From a virus, in IMG/VR virus record IMGVR_UViG_3300013004_000026, positions 104,428 to 168,427 of that record: a stretch of 64,000 nucleotides of DNA; one strand, 5' to 3'. This document shows positions 1-9,461 of the stretch, in pieces. The translations under genes and the position numbers were made by a program. Numbering within the stretch: the stretch's first letter is position 1; each line of letters starts with the position of its first letter. Under the pieces are notes generated by a model, which was not told the DNA's origin, did no database searches, and worked only from the letters and a program-made list of their open reading frames with translations.

Positions 1-7
1 TTATTTG

Positions 8-1270
8 TCAACTCAGTGTGCCAAAACGGCTCCACGCTCCATTGCCCAAACTGATCCAGCCAGCTGGTTGCCCGGGGCCCGGAGCACTGTTGAACAGTAC
101 AGATCCTTTGGTTGCACCATGTGCAGGAGTACCTGCACTGAACCCAATTTGTTGTTGCCCTATGTACAACTCATTGATGCTCACGGTACCATCTTTGTTT
201 AGAACCAAATTGTCTTTACGGTTAGCACTGAGTACCACAGTTTGGTCCCTTGGCGTTCCCACCCATGCCACATCGCGTTCACGCTTACCAAACCCAATTT
301 CTACTTCTTGATCCCAAACACTGAGTGCATGTCCAGGTTCTAGCGTGTTTATGCCCACTCGTTTGTCGCCAACATACAGTGTTTGGCTCAACAATGCTTC
401 GCCTGTGGTTTGTAAATCGCGTACTAATCCTAATCGTGTGATATTGGTGTCTGTCACACTATAACTAAGTTTTGATCCATCGATCACAGGATTGCCATTG
501 AGTGTTAATTTGTTGAGATCAATACCATGTTCTTGTATGCGTTCAAACAAGGTGCTGCTGAAACCGTCGAACAGTTCTGTGTTTAGACTCTGTTTTGTGG
601 CAGCCACGGTGTTTTCTATAATTCGTTGAGCAAATGTGCCAGTCATCGGAACATCGCCTTTGATATGCAGGTCACCTTCAATTACTGTTTGACCTTTGAC
701 TTCAAGTCCCAGACTGATAATCTTGTTTTCAATCACTACTCCTGCATCCAACAAGGTCATCTGAACCTGTGTGCTCTTGTCCTCAATACCGTTACTGTTA
801 AAGTTTTGTATTGTGCCACCGCGTATGTTGTTACCACTTACAATTAGGGTTCTGGAGTTGATTGCATCACCAGGGATGCTGGCGTTGGGAAAAGCAAAGG
901 TAGCTAACTTTTTACTAATTTCTGTGAGCACAATTTCACGCACAGTATGATTAACATCTATTTCATTGTACAGTTTGTGTTTGACATGCTCTGTGGCCAG
1001 GCGTTTGGTTTCTGCTTCAAAGCTGTTGACCACTTGATCTGCAACAGCATCCAATCTTTCTTGAACTCTGGTGTGATCCACTTCCATGCCGGCAATTAAA
1101 CCGTCCAGCTTGGTACTGGCCAGCCAGTTCAATTTCTTTTCGTAATCAATGTTATCTAACCGCTGCGTTAATGCTGCGGTTACTAAATTGTCCACACGAG
1201 CATTCAGCCGTGTTTCAATTTGTTTAACTAGATTTTCAACTATACTGTCTACTTGATTGGTTATGTCCAT
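8..1270 (-). CDS. Hypothetical phage protein; helical N-terminus and fibre-like beta-rich C-terminus
   Basis: 420-aa ORF; C-terminal RVGINTLEPGHALSV-type motif is typical of phage fibre/structural proteins. Confidence 0.55.
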   Translation of the reverse strand: MDITNQVDSIVENLVKQIETRLNARVDNLVTAALTQRLDNIDYEKKLNWLASTKLDGLIAGMEVDHTRVQERLDAVADQVVNSFEAETKRLATEHVKHKLYNEIDVNHTVREIVLTEISKKLATFAFPNASIPGDAINSRTLIVSGNNIRGGTIQNFNSNGIEDKSTQVQMTLLDAGVVIENKIISLGLEVKGQTVIEGDLHIKGDVPMTGTFAQRIIENTVAATKQSLNTELFDGFSSTLFERIQEHGIDLNKLTLNGNPVIDGSKLSYSVTDTNITRLGLVRDLQTTGEALLSQTLYVGDKRVGINTLEPGHALSVWDQEVEIGFGKRERDVAWVGTPRDQTVVLSANRKDNLVLNKDGTVSINELYIGQQQIGFSAGTPAHGATKGSVLFNSAPGPGQPAGWISLGNGAWSRFGTLS

Positions 1271-2000
1271 TTATAAATCTCATTGATATCACATGCTCAT
1301 AATTTTTCTTGATCAGGCTCTTGTACATGATGTTCTTGTGTATTAAGAATTCACTTGCACCTGCATCAATGCTGAATTTTGCGCATTGTTTGAAAAACAT
1401 TTGTCTACAATCAAATCCTGCAAAGGCTCGTAAATTTGTACCAGTGATTTCGTACACGCTGCGTTGCCAAGCGTTTCTATCTTGTACATCGTAGTCATGA
1501 TATTCCAAATACAAACTGTCTGTTTGTTCGCTCTTGACCACGCTGGGTATACTAAATTCACGATCCTTGAAACTTTGATTTTTGTAGTCTCTTAAAGTAG
1601 TTATCACCAATTGGGAACTGAGAGCGCAAATCTTGTTTAGATTTGCCAACTGTTCTTCGTCGGTTTTTGCAAAAGTTAAAAACTCATCCATGGCTATTAC
1701 TGCATCAAATCTGTCGTGATCAGCTGACATATGATGCCACTCCATGTATTTGATGTCGCTACGATGAGCTTGCAAATAGGTCATTATAGAAGGAGTTACT
1801 TGTGTCACAGTTATCTGCTGTTTGCTGTCCATGGCCAAAATTGCAGGATTAAACCCAATAAACAACAGTTTTTTTGGAGCAGCACGATAGTGAGAAATCA
1901 CATGATCAATGATTTCTTTCTTGCGTCTGATTGTTTCATCTTGCTTACTGCTGTTGCAAAAGGCATCAAAGCCAATTGCTGAATAGTTGATAAATTGCAT
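1236..2000 (-). CDS. Hypothetical protein, possibly a degenerate class I SAM-methyltransferase fold
   Basis: ATG at 2000 (MQFINYS); LLFIGF and FDAVIAMDEFLTF resemble MTase motifs but there is no GxGxG; TAAATA upstream at 2032-2037. Confidence 0.45.
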   Translation of the reverse strand: MQFINYSAIGFDAFCNSSKQDETIRRKKEIIDHVISHYRAAPKKLLFIGFNPAILAMDSKQQITVTQVTPSIMTYLQAHRSDIKYMEWHHMSADHDRFDAVIAMDEFLTFAKTDEEQLANLNKICALSSQLVITTLRDYKNQSFKDREFSIPSVVKSEQTDSLYLEYHDYDVQDRNAWQRSVYEITGTNLRAFAGFDCRQMFFKQCAKFSIDAGASEFLIHKNIMYKSLIKKNYEHVISMRFINGHNQSSRQYS

Positions 2001-2101
2001 TGTTTTTTTTGTCCCTGACAACTTTACAGTATATTTAGTGCCACCCAAAGTTTTTGGGCTAGCCCATAAATACCTTATAACAATATCAATAAGGAGCTGT
2101 A

Positions 2102-2383
2102 ATGGGCGACATCTTCAAAATCATTGGCGATCTAGGATTTCCTATAGCAGTAGCACTAGCCGGCGGTTACTTTGTGTATCTTACAATTAAACTTTTATTG
2201 CAGGGTGTGCTAGGCAGTATTAAAGGCATGGCAGGCATTATCACAGCCTTGGACAATCGTGTAAAAACCATGAATCACGATGTTATCCGTATCGACACTA
2301 TTGTATCAAATGCACTAGGGCTTAAACCTGACACTGATCGTATTGCCAGAGCAGATGGCAAGAATGACGCAAGGAGAGACTGA
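2102..2383 (+). CDS. Small membrane protein, YvrJ/holin-like
   Basis: AAGGAG RBS; GFPIAV motif, one TM helix and a coiled coil. Confidence 0.65.
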   Translation: MGDIFKIIGDLGFPIAVALAGGYFVYLTIKLLLQGVLGSIKGMAGIITALDNRVKTMNHDVIRIDTIVSNALGLKPDTDRIARADGKNDARRD

Positions 2384-2529
2384 TGGGTAAGTATCAAAAA
2401 TGGTGGGACAGTCTGAATCCACAAATGCAGGCCTATCTAAATGCACAACCAGTTTGGCATGATCGCGACTTATATAAAGCTGTGTTTTACGGTGCAGTGA
2501 TTGGATTTTTATTGGGATTGCTATTTTGA
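2383..2529 (+). CDS. 48-aa membrane peptide (not in the ORF track)
   Basis: TGATG coupling to the upstream stop; MGKYQKWWDSL...AVFYGAVIGFLLGLLF with a C-terminal TM helix. Confidence 0.6.
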   Translation: MGKYQKWWDSLNPQMQAYLNAQPVWHDRDLYKAVFYGAVIGFLLGLLF

Positions 2530-2543
2530 TCTTTGAGGCATTC

Positions 2544-2666
2544 ATGGTATTTTATTTGTTAGAATGCATGGTATTGATCATGTGGTATCTATTGTACTGC
2601 AAAACTAAACCTGAAATTAAAAAGCGCATGTATGATCCCTGGGGATTCTGGAAAGGATATAATTGA
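2544..2666 (+). CDS. 40-aa membrane peptide (not in the ORF track)
   Basis: GAGG upstream; MVFYLLECMVLIMWYLLYC...YDPWGFWKGYN; its stop overlaps the next ATG (TGATG). Confidence 0.5.
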   Translation: MVFYLLECMVLIMWYLLYCKTKPEIKKRMYDPWGFWKGYN

Positions 2667-3067
2667 TGGATGTTGTTGAATTAATTAACAAGTATGGATT
2701 TCCCATTGTCATGGCTGTGGGCATGGGTTACATTATCAAATATGTGTGGGAGTGGAGCACCAAAGAAGTCAAGCCAGTGATTTCTGAAGCAAACACAGTG
2801 CTCATAGCCTTGATTGATCGCATACGCATGTTGGACAATGATTTGATACGGTTGAATCAAAAAGTAAATACAGTACTGCATCTGCGAGGCAAGATGATTG
2901 AAAGCGATCGCGTGATGGAAACTGTAAAGGTCGAGCGCGAGGCAGCCAAACAGTTTGACCAAGCTGTGAGATTAGACGACGGAATTCACAGCAAACCCAA
3001 GAGTAAATCTAAAACAGAAACGTCTGACTCGTCAGATGATAAAGAAGCCAGAACAGGAAATCCTTGA
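2666..3067 (+). CDS. Small membrane protein, YvrJ/holin-like; paralog of 2102-2383
   Basis: GFPIVM motif plus TM helix; ALIDRIRMLDNDLIR aligns with ALDNRVKTMNHDVIR of the paralog. Confidence 0.65.
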   Translation: MDVVELINKYGFPIVMAVGMGYIIKYVWEWSTKEVKPVISEANTVLIALIDRIRMLDNDLIRLNQKVNTVLHLRGKMIESDRVMETVKVEREAAKQFDQAVRLDDGIHSKPKSKSKTETSDSSDDKEARTGNP

Positions 3068-3071
3068 TTGC

Positions 3072-3659
3072 ATGACAATCGTGTACATACACGGTGCATC
3101 TGCCACCAGTGAAAGTTTTACTCGCATACGAGAACATCTACCCAAAAGAGACCTGTGCATAGATTATCACAGCAGCGATGGGTTTGACACCAATCTCAAA
3201 AAAATGATTGAATTGTTGGACAATGTTGAAAAAGTGTTTTTTGTTGCCCACAGCTTGGGCGGCATCTATGCTATACATCTTGCAGATAAATTCCCCAACA
3301 AAGTTTTAGGCGCAGTTACTCTTAGCACACCCTACGGAGGCAGTAGAGAAGCAGACTATGCTAGATACTTTTTGCCTTTTTCACAGCTGATGCGTGACAT
3401 AGGAACTATGAGCCGTCCAATGAGTGTTGTAAAAGATCTACGATATCCCAAGAATAAGTGGACCAATGTGGTTACCACTCAAGGTGCAAGTCCTTGGATC
3501 AAACAAGACAATGACGGTGTTGTTACCATTGAAAGCATGCGAGCAGTTACCGACATGGAACTGATAGAAGTTCCTCTAAATCATTATGAAGTGGTGATCA
3601 GCGATAAAACTATAAACATTATCAAGGATCGCCTGGCAAGAACACCCTTAGGACCGTAA
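3072..3659 (+). CDS. Alpha/beta hydrolase (esterase/lipase-like)
   Basis: YIHG oxyanion motif, AHSLGG nucleophile elbow, TPYGGS, NDGVV, C-terminal His (LNHY). Confidence 0.85.
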   Translation: MTIVYIHGASATSESFTRIREHLPKRDLCIDYHSSDGFDTNLKKMIELLDNVEKVFFVAHSLGGIYAIHLADKFPNKVLGAVTLSTPYGGSREADYARYFLPFSQLMRDIGTMSRPMSVVKDLRYPKNKWTNVVTTQGASPWIKQDNDGVVTIESMRAVTDMELIEVPLNHYEVVISDKTINIIKDRLARTPLGP

Positions 3660-3728
3660 CTTAGTTACGAGGGTGGCCGGCTGCTGGCCTCAGAAAACGA
3701 TTCGCTACCGTGGACTGTAAAGTGAGCA
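3645..3728 (+). ncRNA. Candidate structured RNA (three stems plus possible pseudoknots)
   Basis: Pairings CCCT/AGGG, CGTAAC/GTTACG, GGCCGG/CTGGCC and ACG/CGT; loop TTCGCT complementary to AGTGAG; no U-tract; strand assumed. Confidence 0.4.
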
Positions 3729-4508
3729 TTACTGTTCTAGCTCTTTCAATTCACTTATAAACTCTGCTTCTGGAATGCGTGTGCGAGTATTTTTACTGCC
3801 CAGCACCACCACAATTCTATCGCCCAAATCAGTGTCCATGAGCATGACAATGCATCCGCCACTGGTAGTTATCCAACCAGTCTTGCTTACTATCACTCGC
3901 TGAGTTCTACCAACCAAGGGATTGGTTTGAGGAAATAAAAAATACTTTTTCTTTAGTTTGATTTGTACTTTGGTCTTTTGACTGGCTTCAATCACTGCAC
4001 CATAAGTTCTGGCCGCACGAACAAGCATGACAAGTTCTCTAGCAGTACTGACATTTCTAGCATCTAGGCCTGTGGGCTCATATACCACACTGTTGACCAT
4101 GCCCAGTGTTTTCATCTTGATGTTCATTTCATCAACACAGGCTCTAAGCCCGCCGGGGTAGTGTTCGCACAAGGTCTGTGCAGCACGGTTGTCACTCTTG
4201 ACCATGGCCAGTTCAATCAAGGTGCGACGACTCAGAGTTTTTATCTTTCTGGGAATATGACTTTTAGGGGCTCGAGCCAGGGTAAGCTGTTCCTCCATGC
4301 TTTGACCTGCGTCTAACACAGTCATTACTGTGAGTAGTTTTGTGATACTGGCTATGCTGCGAACTTGATCCGTGTTATCGCTGCGGATTATGTTTCCTTG
4401 TGGATCTGACACAAGCCAGCTTTGTGCGGTAAGGTGTCCTTTTGCGACAGTTGACCCATGACCACAAATGGCGAAAAGTACCAATCCAATAATAATTTTA
4501 TTGAACAA
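3729..4508 (-). CDS. D-alanyl-D-alanine endopeptidase/carboxypeptidase (peptidase S11, PBP7-like)
   Basis: Signal peptide; SxxK (SITK), SDN and KTG motifs. Confidence 0.9.
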   Translation of the reverse strand: MFNKIIIGLVLFAICGHGSTVAKGHLTAQSWLVSDPQGNIIRSDNTDQVRSIASITKLLTVMTVLDAGQSMEEQLTLARAPKSHIPRKIKTLSRRTLIELAMVKSDNRAAQTLCEHYPGGLRACVDEMNIKMKTLGMVNSVVYEPTGLDARNVSTARELVMLVRAARTYGAVIEASQKTKVQIKLKKKYFLFPQTNPLVGRTQRVIVSKTGWITTSGGCIVMLMDTDLGDRIVVVLGSKNTRTRIPEAEFISELKELEQ

Positions 4509-4529
4509 TCAAAAATCCAATCCAAGTAA

Positions 4530-6593
4530 TTATTTAGAAGTGGCACGATATACGCCATCCCAATCCTTGGGCAGTTTGGCCCGTTTCATTTCTTCACAGC
4601 GCAGGATCCAAAGTTCATAGTAGTGATCCATTTGTCCGTCAAACTCGCCTGTGAGTTCTTGGCACAGTTTGATAGCTGCATCAAACTTTTGCTGTCTATA
4701 CAGCACAATCATTTCATCATGAGTTTCTTTGGCCATGATGTACTCGGGCATGCCACCTGCATTGGTAGTCAACGGAGTGTATATATTTAACCCAATTGCT
4801 TTGCCTTTCACCGCAATGCAATCTAGTTCCAGGCACAAGAAATCATCCTTGACCATTTGATAGGTGTCCGGGCCAATGATTATGAGCACCCCATAGCCTT
4901 TGGTTTGTCCTTCCAGTCGAGCAGCTACAGACACCGGATCGCCCAGCACATCGTATCCCATCTTACCTTCAGATCCAATATTGCCTACCAAGATCTTACC
5001 GGTGTTGACACCGGCGCCCATGCCCACTGGTGGTTTGCCGATGCTGGCCAGGTGGTTGTTAAACTGTTCTACCGCTTGGATCATTTCCATAGTAGTCTTG
5101 ACTGCACGATAGGCATGACGGTCGTCGTTAACTGGTGCACCGTGTATGTGCAAACTGGCGTCGCCGATGAACTTGATCAAACAGCCATCATTGGCAAACA
5201 CAGGTCGGCTGATCGCAGTCATGTATTCATTCATGATGGCAGTGAAGCCTTCGACATCTGCACCATACTTTTCTCCCAGTCCAGTAAAGTTGCGCATGTC
5301 TGTCATGATCACTGACAGCACTTTTTCTTCACCGCCCAACTTGATCAGCTCGGGATTCTTTTGCAGTCGTTCAACAATCACGGGACTCACATATGACCCA
5401 AATTGTTTCTTGATCTGTTGCTTCTGTAAGAACTCACTCACAAACTTAACGCCGTAAGTATGCAAAGCCACGAGCACAATACCAGCCGTGATTGCTGTCG
5501 CGTCTGCCAAGACGAGCCAGTTACTGAAAATATACTGAGTAACAGGAGCCACGGCAACGACCCCAAAAACAGTTGCACCCAAACCAACATAAGTCCACCT
5601 TGATAAAGAAATAATAATTAGTCCCAATAACAGCAATGTCAGAATCTCAGCGCCATCTGCATAGTCCGGACGCTGAATGGTAACATTGTTAAACATGGTT
5701 CCAATCACAGCAGCCTGCGCATCGTTGGGATACACCGCTCCTATGCTGGTGGGCACAGGATTTGAAATACCAGCTGCGGTAGGACCCACAAGGACTAGTG
5801 CGCCTTTAAGGTCTGCAGGCAGTTGTGTAATACTATAAGCGTGTGACTTTTGTGACCAGTCAATCCATATGCGACCAAGATTGTCCGTGGCAATTGGACC
5901 AAATTTGGGTATGCGCATTTTTTCAACGCCATACTCATTTAACTTTATTTGAAAGGTGGTGTCACCTGCTGCTACTCGCAACACTTCCATACCCAAACTT
6001 GGGTACAGAATGTCATTGACGCCAAATATCAAAGGCAGTCTTCGATTGACGCCATCTATTTCTGGCAGCGTGTGAGTACCACCTATGCCTGCCGCAGCAT
6101 TTTCTATAGCAGGAATGTTAGCAATAATACCTGGATAGTTTACAATGTTTTCGATCCACTCTGGCCCAAGCACTGCACTGCCAGGATTGCGAGGTTTGTT
6201 TTTTGTTTGATCACCTGGTACATTGGCAATGACCACAGGATATTTTTGCATTACCGCAGCTAGAGCAGCATCCCCGCCTAGCCTGTCTGTGTCCGGCATG
6301 AGCACATTCAGCACCACCAATCCTGCACCACGATTGTAAAGATCTTCTATCATGCGAGCATAGGTGTCTCGCTTGAATGGCCACTGTCCGTACTTGTCTA
6401 AAGCAGTTTCGTCAATGTTGGCCGTAACAATGTTGTTTTGTGTAGGAGCTTTGTCAGCTATTAGAGTATCAAAGTAGCGTAGTCTTATACTTTCTACAAA
6501 GACAGGATCAGCAATTCTTATACTTATAATAAGTGCCAATGTTAAAAGTGCGGTCCACGGATTTGACAGCACAGCTTTGATTTTGTTTTTCAT
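4530..6593 (-). CDS. CHASE2-domain class III adenylate/guanylate cyclase
   Basis: N-terminal TM helix, CHASE2 (YGQWPFKR, DGVNRRLPL), three TM helices, cyclase motifs TDMRNFT, KFIGDA, GVNTG and YDVLGD..AARLE. Confidence 0.92.
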   Translation of the reverse strand: MKNKIKAVLSNPWTALLTLALIISIRIADPVFVESIRLRYFDTLIADKAPTQNNIVTANIDETALDKYGQWPFKRDTYARMIEDLYNRGAGLVVLNVLMPDTDRLGGDAALAAVMQKYPVVIANVPGDQTKNKPRNPGSAVLGPEWIENIVNYPGIIANIPAIENAAAGIGGTHTLPEIDGVNRRLPLIFGVNDILYPSLGMEVLRVAAGDTTFQIKLNEYGVEKMRIPKFGPIATDNLGRIWIDWSQKSHAYSITQLPADLKGALVLVGPTAAGISNPVPTSIGAVYPNDAQAAVIGTMFNNVTIQRPDYADGAEILTLLLLGLIIISLSRWTYVGLGATVFGVVAVAPVTQYIFSNWLVLADATAITAGIVLVALHTYGVKFVSEFLQKQQIKKQFGSYVSPVIVERLQKNPELIKLGGEEKVLSVIMTDMRNFTGLGEKYGADVEGFTAIMNEYMTAISRPVFANDGCLIKFIGDASLHIHGAPVNDDRHAYRAVKTTMEMIQAVEQFNNHLASIGKPPVGMGAGVNTGKILVGNIGSEGKMGYDVLGDPVSVAARLEGQTKGYGVLIIIGPDTYQMVKDDFLCLELDCIAVKGKAIGLNIYTPLTTNAGGMPEYIMAKETHDEMIVLYRQQKFDAAIKLCQELTGEFDGQMDHYYELWILRCEEMKRAKLPKDWDGVYRATSK

Positions 6594-6646
6594 TTAATTA
6601 TTTAAGGTTCTAGGTATTTGCCTATGGACCAGCATTGTATTTACAA

Positions 6647-6949
6647 TTACACAGATTCACCTAGTAACAAAGTAGAACCATCACCAACACCCACAATGCA
6701 AGCAATGCCTTCTGTGTTCATTTGCAGCATGGTCCAGGTGCCCAGTTTTTCATTTACAAACAAAGTATACCTGGTGTGGTCCACTGGATTTTTAGCTGAC
6801 CAAATTGGTTTTTCGTTATAGTTAGACAAGGAAAAAAGCAAACTTTCAATGCTGTCGCACAGTACCGGTTTACGAGCTTCAAATGGTTGGGCATTGACAT
6901 TGGATAGTATTGACGCAAATGCTACGCATGACATAATTAATTTTTTCAT
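6647..6949 (-). CDS. Small secreted hypothetical protein (two Cys in the mature part)
   Basis: GGAGG RBS; signal peptide MKKLIMSCVAFASILSNVNA. Confidence 0.7.
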   Translation of the reverse strand: MKKLIMSCVAFASILSNVNAQPFEARKPVLCDSIESLLFSLSNYNEKPIWSAKNPVDHTRYTLFVNEKLGTWTMLQMNTEGIACIVGVGDGSTLLLGESV

Positions 6950-6978
6950 TTGTTGCCTCCGGTGGTGCAATATTTATG

Positions 6979-7003
6979 TAAAAAAGCCCTCCGAAGAGGG
7001 CTT
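6979..7003 (-). terminator. Rho-independent terminator
   Basis: AAGCCCTC-TTCG-GAGGGCTT hairpin followed by a U-tract on the - strand. Confidence 0.8.
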
Positions 7004-7030
7004 GAAACACAGCACTTGAGTATAGTTGTT

Positions 7031-9382
7031 TTAGTTAAATACCCATCTGATGCTTGCCTGTGCTGTGGAGTGTGACACACCATTTTGATACTGCTGTCCC
7101 ACAGTAATACCTCCCACAATGTTTTGTCTTGGAGCAAAGTTGATTCCTGCTCTAACAGTGCTTAGGCTAGTATCTGTGTGACTGGCTTCTAGCATGAAAT
7201 TCACAGCGTCTTTGATCACAGTGTCATAGCGCAAGCCCAGTTCACTCACTGTGCGAGTACGATTAACACTGTCATATGACATGGCTGTGATAGCATCACC
7301 AGACTCTATCAGTGCATTGCGCTTGTTCTGTTCCACACGAATACCACCAAACGGCCTAAAGCCGCGCCAGTCTGGCGTATACAATCTGTTGCTGATCCAA
7401 GCATCTGCACCTGTGGTTTTACCAGAGTTTGAATAACCTAGGTCTGGCAACAGATGATAGTTGGTAAAACTGTTCTGAGCATAACCTACATCAGTTTTGA
7501 ACAACCAATTGTTATGGTTGTACAGGCTGTAGATACCCACATGGTCTTTGGTAAGTGATCCACCTGCATCTTGCCCTGACAGTGTGCCGCGCACATGATT
7601 GTATTGTAGACCCACTACCCAGTTGCCCTTGATCTGTTTTTCGTGCCCAACACCAAGGCGACGGTTGGTTAACGAGTAGGTGTCGTTGGTGTTGGTTGTG
7701 CCACCTTCTGTAACTAGATACCACCAGCCTTTTTCCTGACTACCAGCATTACGAGTTCTGCTGGTCAATCCTTCACCATTGCTGGTATGACGACTTAACA
7801 CATCGCTGTCCAAGTTCATGTTCATACGATTGTTAGCTGCCTCCAACTGACTGTATTGATCAATTCTAGTGTAATAGTTTTGATTGCTTGAAGTTGTTAC
7901 AACTTCGTTGGTAGTAGTTACATTGGTTGTGACATCGTTACGCACAGTCACAGTTGTCACTGGAGTTCCGTCGGCGGTAGTAGTAGTACCATCACTCCAG
8001 GTTGTTACTGTTCTAGGAGTGGTAACTGTGGTCACTGTTACAGGTGTTGTTTGAGTTGTAGTAGTGGTCACAGGTGTTGTGCTTACCACTGTGGTTGTAC
8101 GCACCACTGCCAACTGTTTGTTATCAGCTGTGGCGTCACCGCGGTTATTGGCATGAGTAACTACCTCTACAGTGTTGCCACGCACAATAGTAGCACTTGT
8201 TACTGTGGTGCCTGGGGTTTCTGTTGTCACAACCTGCGAAGTACCAGGTGCGGTGCTGACCACAGTGGGGGTAGTATTCAAGCTAGATGTCGCTCCGGAT
8301 GTGCCAGGATTGGCCACTGTACCATCGCCTGTGTCTGTGCTGGTTGTTGTGCTGGCGCTGTTGTAGTAATAGCTGACTTCAGATACTTGCACACTGTTAC
8401 AATTTTCAGTTCCCAACCAACCACCACCGTAGGCCGCCATACAGTTTGTCATGTTAGGATATAAATCCAGAGCCTTGGTGCTGTCAAAGGTGATAAAGTA
8501 ATACACATACGCATTGGTATTGGTAAAAGTGATATCGCTAGATGCAGTGAAGCGACTGTCACTGAGAGTTATGGCTTGATTGTCAACAATAGTAGTCCAA
8601 GTCTTGCCATCATTGGAGCCAAACAAACTGAATTTGCTAGGATCTCTTGGAGCATAGTCGTTGGCAGTGGTTATAGTTAACTTTTCCAGCACACGACCTT
8701 GATCCAGCTTGATTGTAAAACCAGCACTGGCACGATCAAAGTTCAGGTATTTTGTGCCTGAGTTGCCATCAATCACATTGGTAGCACCTTCTCCCGACGG
8801 ACTGTTATTGCTAGTTGGAGTCACTTGTACCACATTAGCACTGGTAATTGCTGTGTATGTTGGCGTGGTGCTGCCGCTACCGGCTGTTTGCCCTGCTGCC
8901 AATGGGGTGGTGCTGGCCCAGGTGTAACTGCTTATATCACCGGCACTAACACTGGTGTCCATATTGGTAAAACTGGCACTGGCACCGTAATTGTAGCCCT
9001 CTGCTGTGGAAATTACATTTCCAAGCCATCCACTACCAAGATAAAAGATAGCTCCACTTCCCAGTGCTGTTATCTGTCCTGTAGAGTGGATTATTCTATT
9101 CAGTGTGTTGTCACTGTTGTACAATCCCATACCATGAGTGCCATCACCATTGTCAATGAATTTGAAATATTGACCAGCGGTGGCTGTGACAGTTTGGAAA
9201 TTGGAATCATACGGTGCAATAAAATTTGAAGCGTTTAAGGTAGTTCCGCTCCAGTTGTATTGCACATCAAAGATTTGATTAATACTAAACGCACCATCTG
9301 TTACTGCGGCATTGGTGTTTGAAACCATGCCCATGGCCAAGGCCATAGCGGCCACGAAGGCCATTACTTTTTTTATTATCAT
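7031..9382 (-). CDS. Autotransporter-like outer-membrane protein: F5/8 type C (discoidin) domain, Thr-rich stalk, C-terminal beta-barrel
   Basis: Signal peptide; GEGATNVIDGNSGTKYL..RDPSKFSLFGSNDGKTW discoidin motif; T/V-rich linker; amphipathic beta strands ending IRWVFN. Confidence 0.75.
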   Translation of the reverse strand: MIIKKVMAFVAAMALAMGMVSNTNAAVTDGAFSINQIFDVQYNWSGTTLNASNFIAPYDSNFQTVTATAGQYFKFIDNGDGTHGMGLYNSDNTLNRIIHSTGQITALGSGAIFYLGSGWLGNVISTAEGYNYGASASFTNMDTSVSAGDISSYTWASTTPLAAGQTAGSGSTTPTYTAITSANVVQVTPTSNNSPSGEGATNVIDGNSGTKYLNFDRASAGFTIKLDQGRVLEKLTITTANDYAPRDPSKFSLFGSNDGKTWTTIVDNQAITLSDSRFTASSDITFTNTNAYVYYFITFDSTKALDLYPNMTNCMAAYGGGWLGTENCNSVQVSEVSYYYNSASTTTSTDTGDGTVANPGTSGATSSLNTTPTVVSTAPGTSQVVTTETPGTTVTSATIVRGNTVEVVTHANNRGDATADNKQLAVVRTTTVVSTTPVTTTTTQTTPVTVTTVTTPRTVTTWSDGTTTTADGTPVTTVTVRNDVTTNVTTTNEVVTTSSNQNYYTRIDQYSQLEAANNRMNMNLDSDVLSRHTSNGEGLTSRTRNAGSQEKGWWYLVTEGGTTNTNDTYSLTNRRLGVGHEKQIKGNWVVGLQYNHVRGTLSGQDAGGSLTKDHVGIYSLYNHNNWLFKTDVGYAQNSFTNYHLLPDLGYSNSGKTTGADAWISNRLYTPDWRGFRPFGGIRVEQNKRNALIESGDAITAMSYDSVNRTRTVSELGLRYDTVIKDAVNFMLEASHTDTSLSTVRAGINFAPRQNIVGGITVGQQYQNGVSHSTAQASIRWVFN

Positions 9383-9461
9383 TTTTTTCTCCAACTTTAT
9401 TATTGTTATTGGTGTTGGTGCTAGTATTTAGGCCAAAATGGACAAACCAAAAAATACTGAG

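Noticed and set aside
7880-8350. Repetitive GT-rich DNA as a regulatory or DGR repeat
   Set aside because: Explained by Thr/Val codons of the adhesin stalk; no template/variable repeat pair or reverse transcriptase is present.
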